Assembly: GCF_018977255.1 (NCBI RefSeq) | Contig: NW_024704742.1 | Location: 103,418,001-103,482,000 of the forward strand | DNA from: Callorhinchus milii | Lineage: Eukaryota | Direction of reading: 5' to 3' | DNA length: 64,000 nucleotides | Shown: one piece after another, positions 50,344 through 62,515 of the stretch | Position numbering within the stretch: the stretch's first letter is position 1 | Layout: every line of letters starts with the position of its first letter | Notes under the pieces: model-generated | What the model was told of the DNA's origin: nothing | The model's database searches: none | Seen by the model: only the letters and a program-made list of their open reading frames with translations | Program-made: the position numbers and the translations under genes

Positions 50344-51713
50344 ATGAGCAGAGAACAGAAACGGAGGAAAGAATTCCAGAAACACAGAAGACAGAATGAA
50401 CAAAAAGAGGATAAGTTTGCTGAGGGATGGTTCGGATGCGCAGTAAGAGAAATTAGAAATCATGCAGAGCACCAGTTCGAGTCTGGGGCACAGGTAGAGG
50501 AATGGCTCAGGAATAAGTTTGTGGTAGGAGAGGTTAAAAATGTGAAGGCTGTCGGTAAACTAAGAGGGTTCTTTCGACAAGGGTTAGTTGGTCAACTTGC
50601 GACACTTAAAGAAGCCCAAGTAAAAGAAGTGGAAGAACATAAGATGTTAAAGGCAAAGGTAGCAGAGTTGGAGGAGCGGTGTGGTAAAATGAAGAGAGAA
50701 TGGTACGCAGAGAAGGAACAACGGGATCAGAAAGATACACAGAATGAGGAGGTACAAAGAGTATGGATTGCAGAGCTAAGTAGTATGGTGGGAAGTCAAG
50801 CAATATTGATTAACATGGGCTCACAGGAACAAAAAGGGTTAGGTGAAGTAAGAAGGGAGATGAAAGTGTTAAAGAAGGAGGTGGAGCGATTGAAAGGTGA
50901 AAATGATTATCTGCAAGGTGCCTGCCGGGTGGCGCTTCAGGCAGGAGAAGCTGGACGGCAGGTAGACCACCAGGTTTGCAGGGAACAAATTGCTGGTTAG
51001 AGAGGCAGCTGCACAAGAAATTGACTTTTGTGTGGGCAGTAACAGGAGGAAGGGGTAGTAATTGGAGTAATGCCTCTAGTGAATGCTATAAAGGTGAGGG
51101 TAGAGGGCACTTTGTTTGTGATTGTCCGAGTGAGCTACAACCGGGGTCTAACCAAATTGAAAATTGCCCCTATATCACCTCTAAACCTTCCCCCATGGAC
51201 CAAAAATTGGATAGATTGATTGCCTTATTAACCCTCCAGCAGGCGACTGGAGGCGGTCTTCAAATCAGTAAAACCTCCAGTTCTAAACATGAGAAAGATG
51301 AAGAAGTGGACAGACTTGAAGCACAAGCAGCAGCCTTAGTGGAGGAAAACACTGAAAAGGTGCAGGAGAACAAGGGTTCCCTACAAGGTTTAAAAGACAA
51401 AACAAGACAAATTAATTCAGGTAAAAGAAGGGGCAAGATTAAAGGGATAAACTCAATTCCAATGACAAAACCACCAATATCGAAGGATTGTAAAGGTGAA
51501 ACTAAGAAAGGTATTAAAGAATCAAATTTTGAAGAAAGATTGGGAAAAATGGTTACTTCTGAATTTGAAAGATTACAGAAGCAGTTAAAACCAATGAGAC
51601 AACTGATCACTGACTGCTCGCACCCTAGTTTATATAAACAAACGGACACTCACTGCTTCATGCTGAGGAGCACAGGCTGCTCAGAAAGAGTTAACCCTTT
51701 GGTTTCCACATAA
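50344..51713 (+). pseudogene. gag-like frame: coiled-coil N-terminus, 1-nt frameshift near 50998, degenerate CCHC knuckle
   Basis: 218-aa heptad-rich ORF ending DHQVCREQIAG continues in another frame as LERQL...CYKGEGRGHFVCDC; located just downstream of the PBS. Confidence 0.65.
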
Positions 51714-53069
51714 AGCAAAACTGTTTTTACAGCTAATGATCATGTCCAAGCTACAATTGAATCCCTGGTAAAACTAGTAGTGCAAGTATTTTGAGGCAGT
51801 AGCACAAATAGATCAAATTTCTATTCCCACTTCACATGATGGTCACCAACTTTACTGCAATCATATTAACTAACTGAAGTGTTTAAAGAAACGGGAGATT
51901 TCACTTTGTGATTTAGTTCCTACAGATACTGACAATGGCTCATTATATCCTATGGAGGTCGCTTTCCTTCCAGCGACTTCTTCTGGGACGACTTACACTT
52001 CGCTTACCCTCCCACCCACAAAGCCGGTCTTCATTTTTAATTTCACCTCGACCGTCTGGGAGAAGATGAGCGGACAAGTACAACTCAATCAATCATCTAC
52101 TTCACAACAGCGGCCAATACCTGCACAGAGGATAGGGTCTACATTGGCAACTGCGTGGGTTTTATATGCCTTGGGTGTGGTAGAAAGCGCAGTAACAGGG
52201 TCGATAGTAAACATTGTGATAGTTCAAGAAGGAGAGTTGATAGTATTAAGATAGTATTATGTTACATTTACTTTGTCTATTCCAGTATTTCAATAATGCT
52301 CAAAGCCAGCAGGCAAGGATAGAGAGAACATCCACTGAAATAATATTTCAAAGTTCTGTGACCATACTGTTTGTTAATCATGATATTATTGATAATGATG
52401 TGCTATAATTACAGATACTAATAGTAGTTGAAAGGATTGATGTGGTGGCTGAGGTAAAAGGGAATCATAAAGAATCTGATGGTGATATTGGGCTGTGTTG
52501 TCAGCTTCACCCACTCGAGGTGGGGACTAGACATTTTGCAAACCCAGAATTATGGTTTGTCTTAAGTTGACCAAAAAAGATAATGCGAAGACTCATAACT
52601 TGGCTGAAATAGAACTGATTCTATGGTCTTTCAAGGACATTGGTAACATCAGTACATAAAGGTTGCCAAGAACAAAAGGAGTATACCGACCTTGAAGGAT
52701 ACGTTTTTAACCCTACAATGAATGGTAAAAACAAGCTGTTGAAGGTCTCACTGCTGACTTGGCAGACATGACTAAAAAGATCTAAGTTTGGGAATGAAGA
52801 AGACAAGTCTAACCATCTTAAGAGATATTCTATAATCAACATTGATCGAACCACGTTAACAAGTCGATTCCTAATCACAGCCCAGTATCAATCTGATTAA
52901 TTAATTGCATTGAACTTTATTACTCATATCTTATCCTTTTGTGACTGCAGAAGCCATAATTTTATTTACAATGATTGTGTCTTTATGTTGTTTTTTTTAT
53001 TTGCTTTATTGGTCTTGGTGTATTCATGAGACCTCATTATTATCATTATTTCAGACTCAAGATGGGGAC

Positions 53070-53761
53070 TGTTAGATTGAGTAGAATATTGCAGAAATTA
53101 TAACACCTTATAGCAATTATAAGATAGTGGTTTAAAACATTAAGGTTATATTGTGGCTGTTGGTTTCAGGCACTGTGAGAAGCAGGCACAACCTTTAGTC
53201 CTGATGTATGAGGTAAGGGCCACCTGGAGATAGGGGGAGACCCTGAGCTTGACACCAGGACAATAGAATATGTGTCTGAAAGCTTTTTCTCGTAGACTGG
53301 TTACACACTCAGGGACAGTAATGAGATACGCTTAAGCCTGTCTCAATTCCAGATGGCCAAAAAGAAGAGAACCTCGTTGATCAGGTTAGACAGGACAAAG
53401 GAAGAATAAAATTCTGGAGACCATAATCTTATCTAGCCGGAGCAAAGGTTAGAGGGGAATTTAGTATAATTGGGGCGCCAGCGAACAGAGCGGGGTGGGA
53501 GCAGGGAGAGAGAGACTAAGAGAGGTGTGGAATCAGGGAGAGAGAGACACTAAGAGAGAACGTGAGTATTGCAAAAGCTTGAGCCTGAGAAGCCGACATG
53601 AAAGACTGAAATCAGCCTACAGACTACACAGAACTGGTAGTATGACTATTTACCTCTTTTGCTATATACTCATAAACTGTTTGTGAATAATAAATCATTG
53701 TACCTTTATTAAGGATTGTTGAGTCATTATTTCAGATCCTCGGGATCGGTATATCCCAACA
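53070..53761 (+). repeat. Complete 3' LTR of the ERV-like element
   Basis: TG..CA ends, TATA-like tataat at 53465, AATAAA at 53689. Confidence 0.8.
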
Positions 53762-55122
53762 ATTAGTTTTATTAATATGATGAACATTTCAATAACATTT
53801 AAGAAAGACTAGAGAATGATATCAGAGCTATGTGCTTAATCACAATAGACATCCAGTCTGAGCGCTTAATAAAAGACAGCCACATATTTAAATGATGGAA
53901 CACAATCGCATGCCCTTATCCATATTTCCTCACTATGGCAACATATTTATTACAATGCATAGACAGATAGTGGCATAAATCAGTTGGATCTATTTCCAAC
54001 ATATTTTTAAAAGGAAATTCCTGCTAAATTGTGGGAATAATAATAATAAACCTTGCATTTTGATACAGTGCCTTATCATACTATTGAGACGTCACAAAGC
54101 ACTTCCCTGTGAAGTGTTGTGACTGTATATTTATAGGTGAACCACATTCCAGAAGCAAACTGTGTCAGGTCGGCGATGCTCATTTCTGGTTACTGAAAGG
54201 AGTCTCTATACAATTTGGATTCTTTATTATGGTACCCCATTCAGAAATTCTGTAAATTAGAACCCACTGTAAACAGAATTATATCAAGTAAGGAAATTTG
54301 CCCAGCATATATATATATATATATTCCAGCAATAGAACCCAGGTCCCCTTGCCTGCGAGGCAAGTGTTGTTAATATTGTTAAGAATTCCGAGATGCCACC
54401 CGGCATGAAGGGCACTATATAAATGTAAGTTGTTGTTGTAGTAATATTGTTATCTCAACAGTAGATTTGTGAAAAGCTAAGTTTTATTGTTTGGGAGCGG
54501 ACAGCAATATTTCTTCAGCTACAATCTCGCTGCTGATCCTGTAAGCAGGTTGTCTCTTCCCCAACAATCCAGGATGCTGTTACATGTCTGAACTCTGCCC
54601 TTGCAGATAGCACACATCCATGGCAAACAATTAACTTGTCCAATGCTTCCAAGCCTTTTGTTAGCCAGATATTATGGCACGGCTCAGCAATTGAGAGACT
54701 GAAATAAGCACTAATTACTGAACCAACTTTAACAAAGATGAACACTAACTAATTACTCATTGCAGAAAAGAATTAAATTGCAAAGATAAATCTCAGCACA
54801 TCTCAAAAGGGTTTGGGTTACCCTATGAACTCATAGTCTTTCAAAGTGCTTCAATATAATTTGTGCTTGCCCTCCATTCCCTTGTTTGAAGACACTACAA
54901 GGAGATTCTCTTTGACCTGTATGGGGGCAGCCAGGTGTATGACACACAGAATCCCACCACCAGGCTTAATAACAATCATGATTCTTACATGTGACACAGT
55001 GCATTATCACATATAAAGTCCTATATCAAATGTAAGGATCATGATTATTATTATCAAGAGTATGTTGGCAAGAGCCAAGATTTGGGGACCCGGGAGTGTG
55101 CAGTGGGGCCCGGTCCTACCAC

Positions 55123-56300
55123 TGAAACACAATACATATTGATGAGCAGTGCTCAGCGTGAGAGGAGCAAGTCGAGTGGCTTTCTGTGCACATGTGCAGT
55201 GATGGCGCCAGTCATGGAACCATGACATCATGGTCCAGAGGTACTGACCTGCAGCAGCTCTTGATCGTGTCCCATGATAAGGCAGGTTGGAATTTCATAA
55301 TTGATGATGAATCCTTTAATCTATCCAATGTTGCTGAACCTAGTACTTGAGCAGAGCTCTCATCAGATTCAAAGGATAAATCGTACTAAATTGTCAGATC
55401 TTTTCTTTTGGAATACCTATACAGATTATAAATTTGGTATAAAGATAAATTTTCCAAAAATTTGCCACAACAGCTGAAAAAGGGCATTCCTTCTTTGAAA
55501 ACTATCTAATTACAAAAGTACTATAAACATTACAGACTGTTTCTGATTCATCACTGTGAAGGTGACTACAGGAAAACCCTATGACAATACGGATTTGCTC
55601 ATAATGCAATAGGATTGTGGACTCGGACATTCTTATACCTAAAAATACAAAATCCTGACATCTCACGACCCAAATAATATTTTTTGCATTTGATAATCCT
55701 TGTATTTGATATAGAGCATTATCACATCTCCACGATGTCTCAAAGTACTTCACAGAATATACTGTAAAATGAATTGACTATGTTTTGTGGGCAACACGCG
55801 GCAGCCAATTGCGAACAGTAGTGTCCCACAAACACTCGTAGACTGAGTGACTACAGAGTCCCTATTCTTTGGAGGGACTTGACCCTTGTAAAATGATCCA
55901 CCAATCGACTAACAACCGGGTCCCTACTTACTGCTAAGTAAACAGAGGCGTGTATGTGGAGTAAGAAAACTTGCCTGACGTTTCGCCCCTCCCGGGAATC
56001 GAAACCCGGATCCTCTCGGTCGCGAGGTGGGTGCTATAACCACTACGCCACACAAGCAACAAATCCATTGTTGCAATTCAAATGCTGTTATTGTGCAGTA
56101 ATTTGAAGTGAAACAATGGGAATTGAAACACAATACATATTGACTGAGCAGTGCTCAGCGTGAGAGGAGCAAGTCGAGGGGCTTTCTGTGCACATATGCA
56201 GTGATGCCACCAGTCATGTAACCATGACATCACGGTCCAGAGGCACTGACCTGCAGCAGCTCTTGATCGTGTCTCATAATAAGGCAGGTTGGAATTTCAT
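55123..56300 (+). repeat. Direct repeat of about 176 nt (55123-55298 and 56124-56300)
   Basis: tgaaacacaatacatattga...ggcaggttggaatttcat occurs twice with about 10 differences. Confidence 0.9.
55693..56053 (-). mobile_element. tRNA-derived SINE, long form with a different head
   Basis: Head gtgtggcgtagtggttatagc...tttcgattccc, central ctctgtttacttagcagtaag, shared tail. Confidence 0.85.
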
Positions 56301-56444
56301 GATCTCAAATATTGCCTTATAAATTAATGTCTGCAATTAGTAAATTAAAAGTCAATCATTCATTTATGACTAATTGGTGGACCAACCAGCATTTATATAT
56401 TTTATTCCTCTTCCCATTTTGGAGATAAGGGACCCTTAAGGCCA

Positions 56445-56590
56445 TTTTGCTTAAAATTTTATATCAAGCTGAAAATTGCTTAATTCACTCCTAATTTGGA
56501 AGCCAGTTTCCTTTTCAGAACTGCAGAAAATCAGCTTCCAAATTAAGACTTAATTTAAGAATTTTTCACAATTGTAAGTTTTAAGGCCAA
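56445..56590. mobile_element. AT-rich palindromic MITE-like element
   Basis: taatttggaagc pairs with gcttccaaatta, with further outer arms. Related sequence at about 33070-33200 and 34765-34885. Confidence 0.55.
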
Positions 56591-58061
56591 TCAGTTTTGC
56601 AGACAAATTCTTCATGTTGTAACCACATTAAAGAGAAACTCCAGTCTCCAATCAGGTTATATTTAGGATGCTACTCAGATCTCTCATCTCACCTTTAATT
56701 ACTTTATCCTTTTATCTATATAAAATAAACCAGGTCAAAGTGGATGTTTTCCACTTTCAGAGACCAGTTACTGATTGCTGTTGGAGAGATTGTTCGTATC
56801 TTTCAGTTACCAGATCACAATGTCACACTGCTTCTATCGATAAAAATGATGGGAAATCTGGTGCTCTTGTTAATGGGGCATGTCACCTGACCTGTACATT
56901 AAAATTATACTTGTCAGGAGTTAGTGGGACTCTGATTTCACTGAAACCAGCATAGTCCCAATATGCAAATTGTCACATACATGTGTTTGTAAATGCAGTG
57001 TTACTCAAAGAGTCTTAGTGAAAAACAGATTGCCCAGTAATGTGTGGCTTGTATTGTTCATCAGCGCACAGAAAATAGAATGACAGATGAAAGTCTATCA
57101 TGGGTGGGTAGAGTGGAAATCAAGCTCACGCTAGAAAGTTGCCTACGTTCTGTATGTATTGTGTTGTATATTGGTTCTGTTACAATTCAGTAACTTCAGC
57201 TGTGCTACTAACCAGGGCAATGGGTATGTGCAGTCAGACGAGCATTTTGTGCAGGATTATCAAAATGTAGTGATAATTCACTGTAGTGAATTGACAATTT
57301 TGTGCTTACACAGATACCAGTATAAATTCAACAGTAATGTTATGGTACAAACAACATGTTTTAAGGTTTTTTTCAACCGAATTTTTCAACAGTCACAGAA
57401 ACATTTAAAAAAATGCCTTTTGTACATGACCGGCAAACATTATCCTAATATCCTTCTTTTCACGAGAAGCGGTTGTGTAATGCTGAGCAGCGTCTCTGGT
57501 ACTGTATAATGGCACTGTTTGCAACATAGATTTCACAGCATCTAACTGGGCATACTGCGCATATCTTTGTGCTTGTGCAAGTCACGAAGGGCAGCATTCT
57601 GTTTGCAGCTGTGGACCTTCAGTGCTCCTTGGGGCAAGCTATGCAGTCCAACAAGGCAAAAAAAAACACTGTGTTAACCTGTACAGGGAAGCCATGACCG
57701 CAGCCAAAAAAATGCTGGCAAAGTGCCAACAGCAGTGAGGACATATAATTGCCACCACTGGCACTGTGTCTCTAGAAGATGCATAAAGGGCACCTGTGGT
57801 ACATGTGTCTCTCCTCTCTGGGGGCAGTAGCATTGGTCGTTTGTCACTACAGCGCTGCCAATGTAACCAAGGCTGCTCTTGTCAGGAACACTACAATTTG
57901 AAGGCATCAATAGGAAACACAAGCTATGTGAGATTTACCTGCTGTTAATCTCCCTAGGTGGTATATTGCTGCCTGAGAAACTGACATATTCACTTTAAAA
58001 CTTATTTTCTTGAAAAAAAATGTTTTTAAACTGTTTCAGAGACTAGTGACAAAGTCATGTT

Positions 58062-58357
58062 ATAATAATAATTCTTGCATTTGCTATAGCGCCTTATCAT
58101 GTCTTCGAGACGTCTCAAAGCACCTCACAGAATATACTGTAAAGTGAATTGACTGTATATCTTGTGGGCGAACCACGACAGCCAATTGCGCACAGCAGTG
58201 TTCCTCAAATAGTCGTGGATTGAGTGACCAAATTATTACTTTTTTAAAGAGGTGTGGAGTAAGGTAAGGTAACTTGCCCAACGTTTCGGCCTGCCAGGGA
58301 ATCCAATCCTGGTCCTCTCACTTGCGAGGGAGTGCTCTAACCACTAAACTACAGGAC
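58062..58357 (-). mobile_element. tRNA-derived SINE, short form, diverged
   Basis: Head and tail both recognisable. Confidence 0.85.
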
Positions 58358-59424
58358 CATCAATCTTAGCTTGAAATATAGAAAACATTATATATCATGA
58401 TTTAAAAAGCTGATTGCAGATCCATTAGATCCAAACGTAAAACTATTGAGGTGAATTTATATCCCCATAGTTTCTCCTTCAGACAATAGATGCCGTGTTT
58501 GCAGACAATTTATCTCTATGTTCCATTTAGTATTGTTTCATAATGGCGTTAATATGCTTAAATTTGCAAACAACCATCAATAAATATATCCTCAACAGTT
58601 TCTCAGAGACAAAACAAAGATGTGTTTTTATTTTCTGAGAAGCAGCGGCCGGGCAAAAAATATCCTACAGCTGCCAGAATTCTCCACCCACACTGCACAA
58701 CCAAGCAAATTCCCAGCTTCAATGAGTCTCCAAACTCACCCAACCTCACAGCATCAAGTCAGAGAGATGTCCCTGGGATCTCATTGCCTTTGTGCTGGCA
58801 GACTGGAGGGGTGTTGTACAGGGTCTTCACAAAGTCTTGTTAAACCCCTTTTTTTTTGCTCTAGTGCACTGACCAACAACTGAAATGTGTCTAAAAATGC
58901 TGATATTTGTATTTAGGAGTGCTTAATTGTATTTTGTACAGTGTTTAATTGAATTTAACCGTCCAGAGGATCAGGGTGAGAGCCATCATTTTCATAAGAG
59001 ATAATGATCTGTCGCCATGTTTGGTGTCATCTTCCGTAACATGGATGGAGTGATGAGGTGAAATGCATCTCTGACAGCTTGTGTTAGCAACTCCGTAGTC
59101 TCATATAGCTATTTTGTAACAAGTGGGGTAAGAGGACTCCATGGACATCACCTTTCTGTATCATATGAAACATTTGAGTGTATGGACACACTCAATGTTA
59201 ATTATAAATCACTATTTTTCCTAAATGTCTTCCAGTTCACTGTTTCAGATGTGCAATATCTGAGCAGCAGTGTATTCAATCACAATATACCTTTTTCTTA
59301 AAAATGTGAAGCTGCTTTATCTGGGTGTTCAATACCAAGTCCACTTCCAGCCAGAGCAGAGCTCGAACGTGCTTTTCGCATATTGTATTCATTCCACGGG
59401 CTCACATCAAGGCCTACAGATCAA

Positions 59425-60302
59425 ACCACTGCACTGTAGTTTAATATTGATGTCAGCAAGATCGAGGCCCTCCTGATTGCCTCGCACCTTTGCTCCCACA
59501 TCTCAGGCACTGGCAGCATCAGAATCCATGGATGTACACTCCACCTTAACAAGCCAGTCAGGAACTTGGGCATCTTGTTCAACCTTCAACTGTCCTTTCT
59601 CCCCCTTATCCGTGCCATGACCCACTCTGCCTTCCCTCACCTCTGCAACATTGCCTGACACCGCCACTTCTTCATCCCTCAGGCCAACGATACCCTCATA
59701 CACGCATTCATCGCCTCAAGGCTCGACTACAGAAACTCCCTCCTTGTCGGCCTCCCCAACTCTTCCCTCCACAAGCTGCAGATCATCCAGAACTCTGCAG
59801 CTCCTGTTCTCTCCCGCACCAGGCTCCGTAACCCTATCACACTCACCCTCGCTCGACTCCACTGGCTCCCCAACCCTCAGAGGATAGAATTCAAAATCCT
59901 TGTCCTCCTTTTCAAATCCCTCCACAATCTTGTCCCCTCCTATATCTCTGACCTACTGACCCTCTAACAACCTGTCAGTTCCCTTTGTTCAGCAGGCTCC
60001 GGCCAGCTCCATGTCTCCCACCCGACCAGCGCTACCATCAGCGACTGGGCTTTCAGCCGCTCTGCCCCACCCTTTGGAACTCCATCCCACAATCCCTTCG
60101 TCTTGCTCCCTCCCTCGCCTCCTTCAAGGCACAACTCAAGAATCTCCTTTTTTGACTATGCCTTCAGCCGCCCTCCTACCTCTCTGCCCTCCCTCATCCC
60201 AAACCTGCCCCCCCATGCTCGAGTCCTGATCCCTGACTGTTCAGCGGCTTGGTCGTCCTCCCGACGTGAAAGGCACTTTACAAATGTAATTTTTGTTGTT
60301 GT
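59425..60302 (+). mobile_element. L2 LINE 3' fragment
   Basis: Colinear with 21930-22755; tail gacgtgaaaggcactttacaaatgtaatttttgttgttgtt. Confidence 0.88.
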
Positions 60303-60369
60303 TCTAGTTTGGTTCTTTGTGATCCCTTCTAGACTTGAGTCTCATCTCCTTTAATTAGACAGACTGCAA

Positions 60370-60855
60370 TGGAAAAGGAAATGTCGCGCAAGCTCCTCAA
60401 ACACTACGAGGCTATCACCCCCATCCTAGCTTGGCTTCCCTTCTTCCCATTTCCAAGCAGATCGAATTCAAGATCCTTATCCTTGCATATAAATCGCTCC
60501 AGAGGCTCGCATCACCCAACTTCTGCGACCTCCTGCAACCCTGTTGTCCAAGCCACTACCACCTCTAAGCAAACATTTGCTTCGTGTCCCACGCCGATCC
60601 AACCTACCAACAGTAGGCAAGCTTTCAACTATTTGCCCCCACTTTCTGAACAGCATCCCAGAGTTCCTCCTCTTTGCCCCCTCCCTTCCCATTTTTATAG
60701 CCTGTCTTAAGACATTTGTGATCCCACAACTGTTTGAGGGACACTGTTGTGAGCAATTGGCTGCTGCTTTTCGCCCCCAAAATAGTCAATTCACTTTACA
60801 GTATATTCTGTGAAGCACTTTGAGACGTATCAAAGATGTGACAGCATTATTATTA
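60370..60855 (+). mobile_element. Older L2 fragment followed by a SINE tail
   Basis: AITPILAWLP and atcgaattcaagatcct; SINE body from about 60728. Confidence 0.6.
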
Positions 60856-61744
60856 TATTTTCCATGTATTTGGCACTGGCAAAGTCTCTATTCTACATAT
60901 GTTAATTATGAATGACTATTCTAGCTCACCAACAAACAGCAAAATCGATACGTATTGCTTCCTGTAACCAGGTGTCAATTTGCCAGGATGCAGTGATCCT
61001 GATTTGATAAAGTTCTTCGTATTTCTAGGAAATGGGACATTCCTCGCAAAGCACTTTCAAAGCAATACAGCTGCAAGCACTGGGCTTCACGCAGCCTGTC
61101 AGTTAACACATACCCACCGGCCAGCAAGGAGCATGAAATGCATTATCCACATCACCAGTGCCAATCCTTGCAGAATGGATACGTATCTCAAGCAATATAA
61201 AAATACCAAAAGAAGCAAAATTGTGGGAGGTAGTTTCTTGCCATATCATTTAAACAATAGGATGTTGGAAATCTTAAAGCAATATAGCATTTGTTTTTGA
61301 GGGGGTGATCTCAGCAGCATTCTGACTAGATTTAATGCACTGATCTCTAAAGTATAAACTGCAAGATTTTGGTGTGAATTAGTTTGGAATTTAATTAATA
61401 CATATTTAAAATAGTGTCACATTCTGTAATTTCCTACATTTACTCAGTGTCATAACAGAACGGAGTATCTACAGTATGTAGCTCGATTCATGGAAACATA
61501 GAAATGTGCAGGGCGAGAGAAAGCCATTACAGTCTGTCTGTCCAGTCTAGTCTTTAAATACCATCTCTCCCTAACTCGCACACTCCTAATCCCTTGCAAC
61601 ACAAAATTCCCTCTTGATATTACCCATCTGATTTACTCAATAATCTTTTTGGGCAAACTCCTTCACATGTTAATCACCCTCCAATGGGATAAAGTTGTCT
61701 GAACTGTTTATTCAGGTCCTTATGAGTTTACCTGTACTAAACTC

Positions 61745-62175
61745 TGTACCCCCATCATACCAATTCTAGCCAGGCCCCACTGGCCGAACGGACTGATTTC
61801 AAGATCCTCACACTTGTTTTCAAATCCCTTCATGCCCTGGTACCTTCCTACTTCTCCAACCTGCTCACTCCAAAACCTACAACCTGCTGCCTCCGCCTGA
61901 CTGGCCACGGCCTTCTGCATGTCCCTCCATTCCACCATTGGAGGCCGCATATTCAGCCACTACGCCCTGAAACTCTGGAACACTCTTCCCCTATCCCTCC
62001 ACCTTGTCCCTTCCTTCCCCATCTTCTAGTTGCGCCTTAAGACCTTCCTATTCAATCGTGCCTACGATCACCGCCCCCTCCCCCTGGCTCAATGTTGTGC
62101 TCCACCACTGTCAAGCGCTCTGGGACGCTACCCTGCATGAGAGGTGCTATATAAATGCAAAGTGCTGTGGTTGTT
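61745..62175 (+). mobile_element. L2 3' fragment, second tail type
   Basis: Colinear with 31850-32277. Confidence 0.8.
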
Positions 62176-62515
62176 GAGACCATGATCCTTTGTTGTGACA
62201 TCTTGACCATAATGGATAATTATTGAAGCTTATATGTACCTTTTGAATGTTGTACTCTTCAAAAAGATTAACACCTCAATCTTCACCAGCTTCAATGTCA
62301 TGTATCAAATTTAGTTACTTATTCTTGTACACTGCAAGAATACTGCAACACTGCACTATTACTATTTTGGAAGATTCCATTACTGTACACAATACTTTCA
62401 AATTCACATCCAAATACGAGTGATTTTTTTTAATGTCAATGAGAATGGATCATCGTGACATTAAACACAAGGTTTAAAAAATTTGCTTTAGACTGGCTGT
62501 AAATATACTCAGATC

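Larger units (their letters stand above)
49719..53761 (+). mobile_element. ERV-like LTR element lacking pol
   Basis: Partial 5' LTR 49719-49956 repeats the end of the 692-nt 3' LTR 53070-53761 (TGTT...AACA). PBS-Arg-like site, PPT aagatggggac, gag-like frames. Confidence 0.85.

Noticed and set aside
49685..53686. Two near-identical short ORFs (..REREYCKSLSLRSRHERLK..) as a duplicated gene
   Set aside because: They are chance frames within the two LTR copies.
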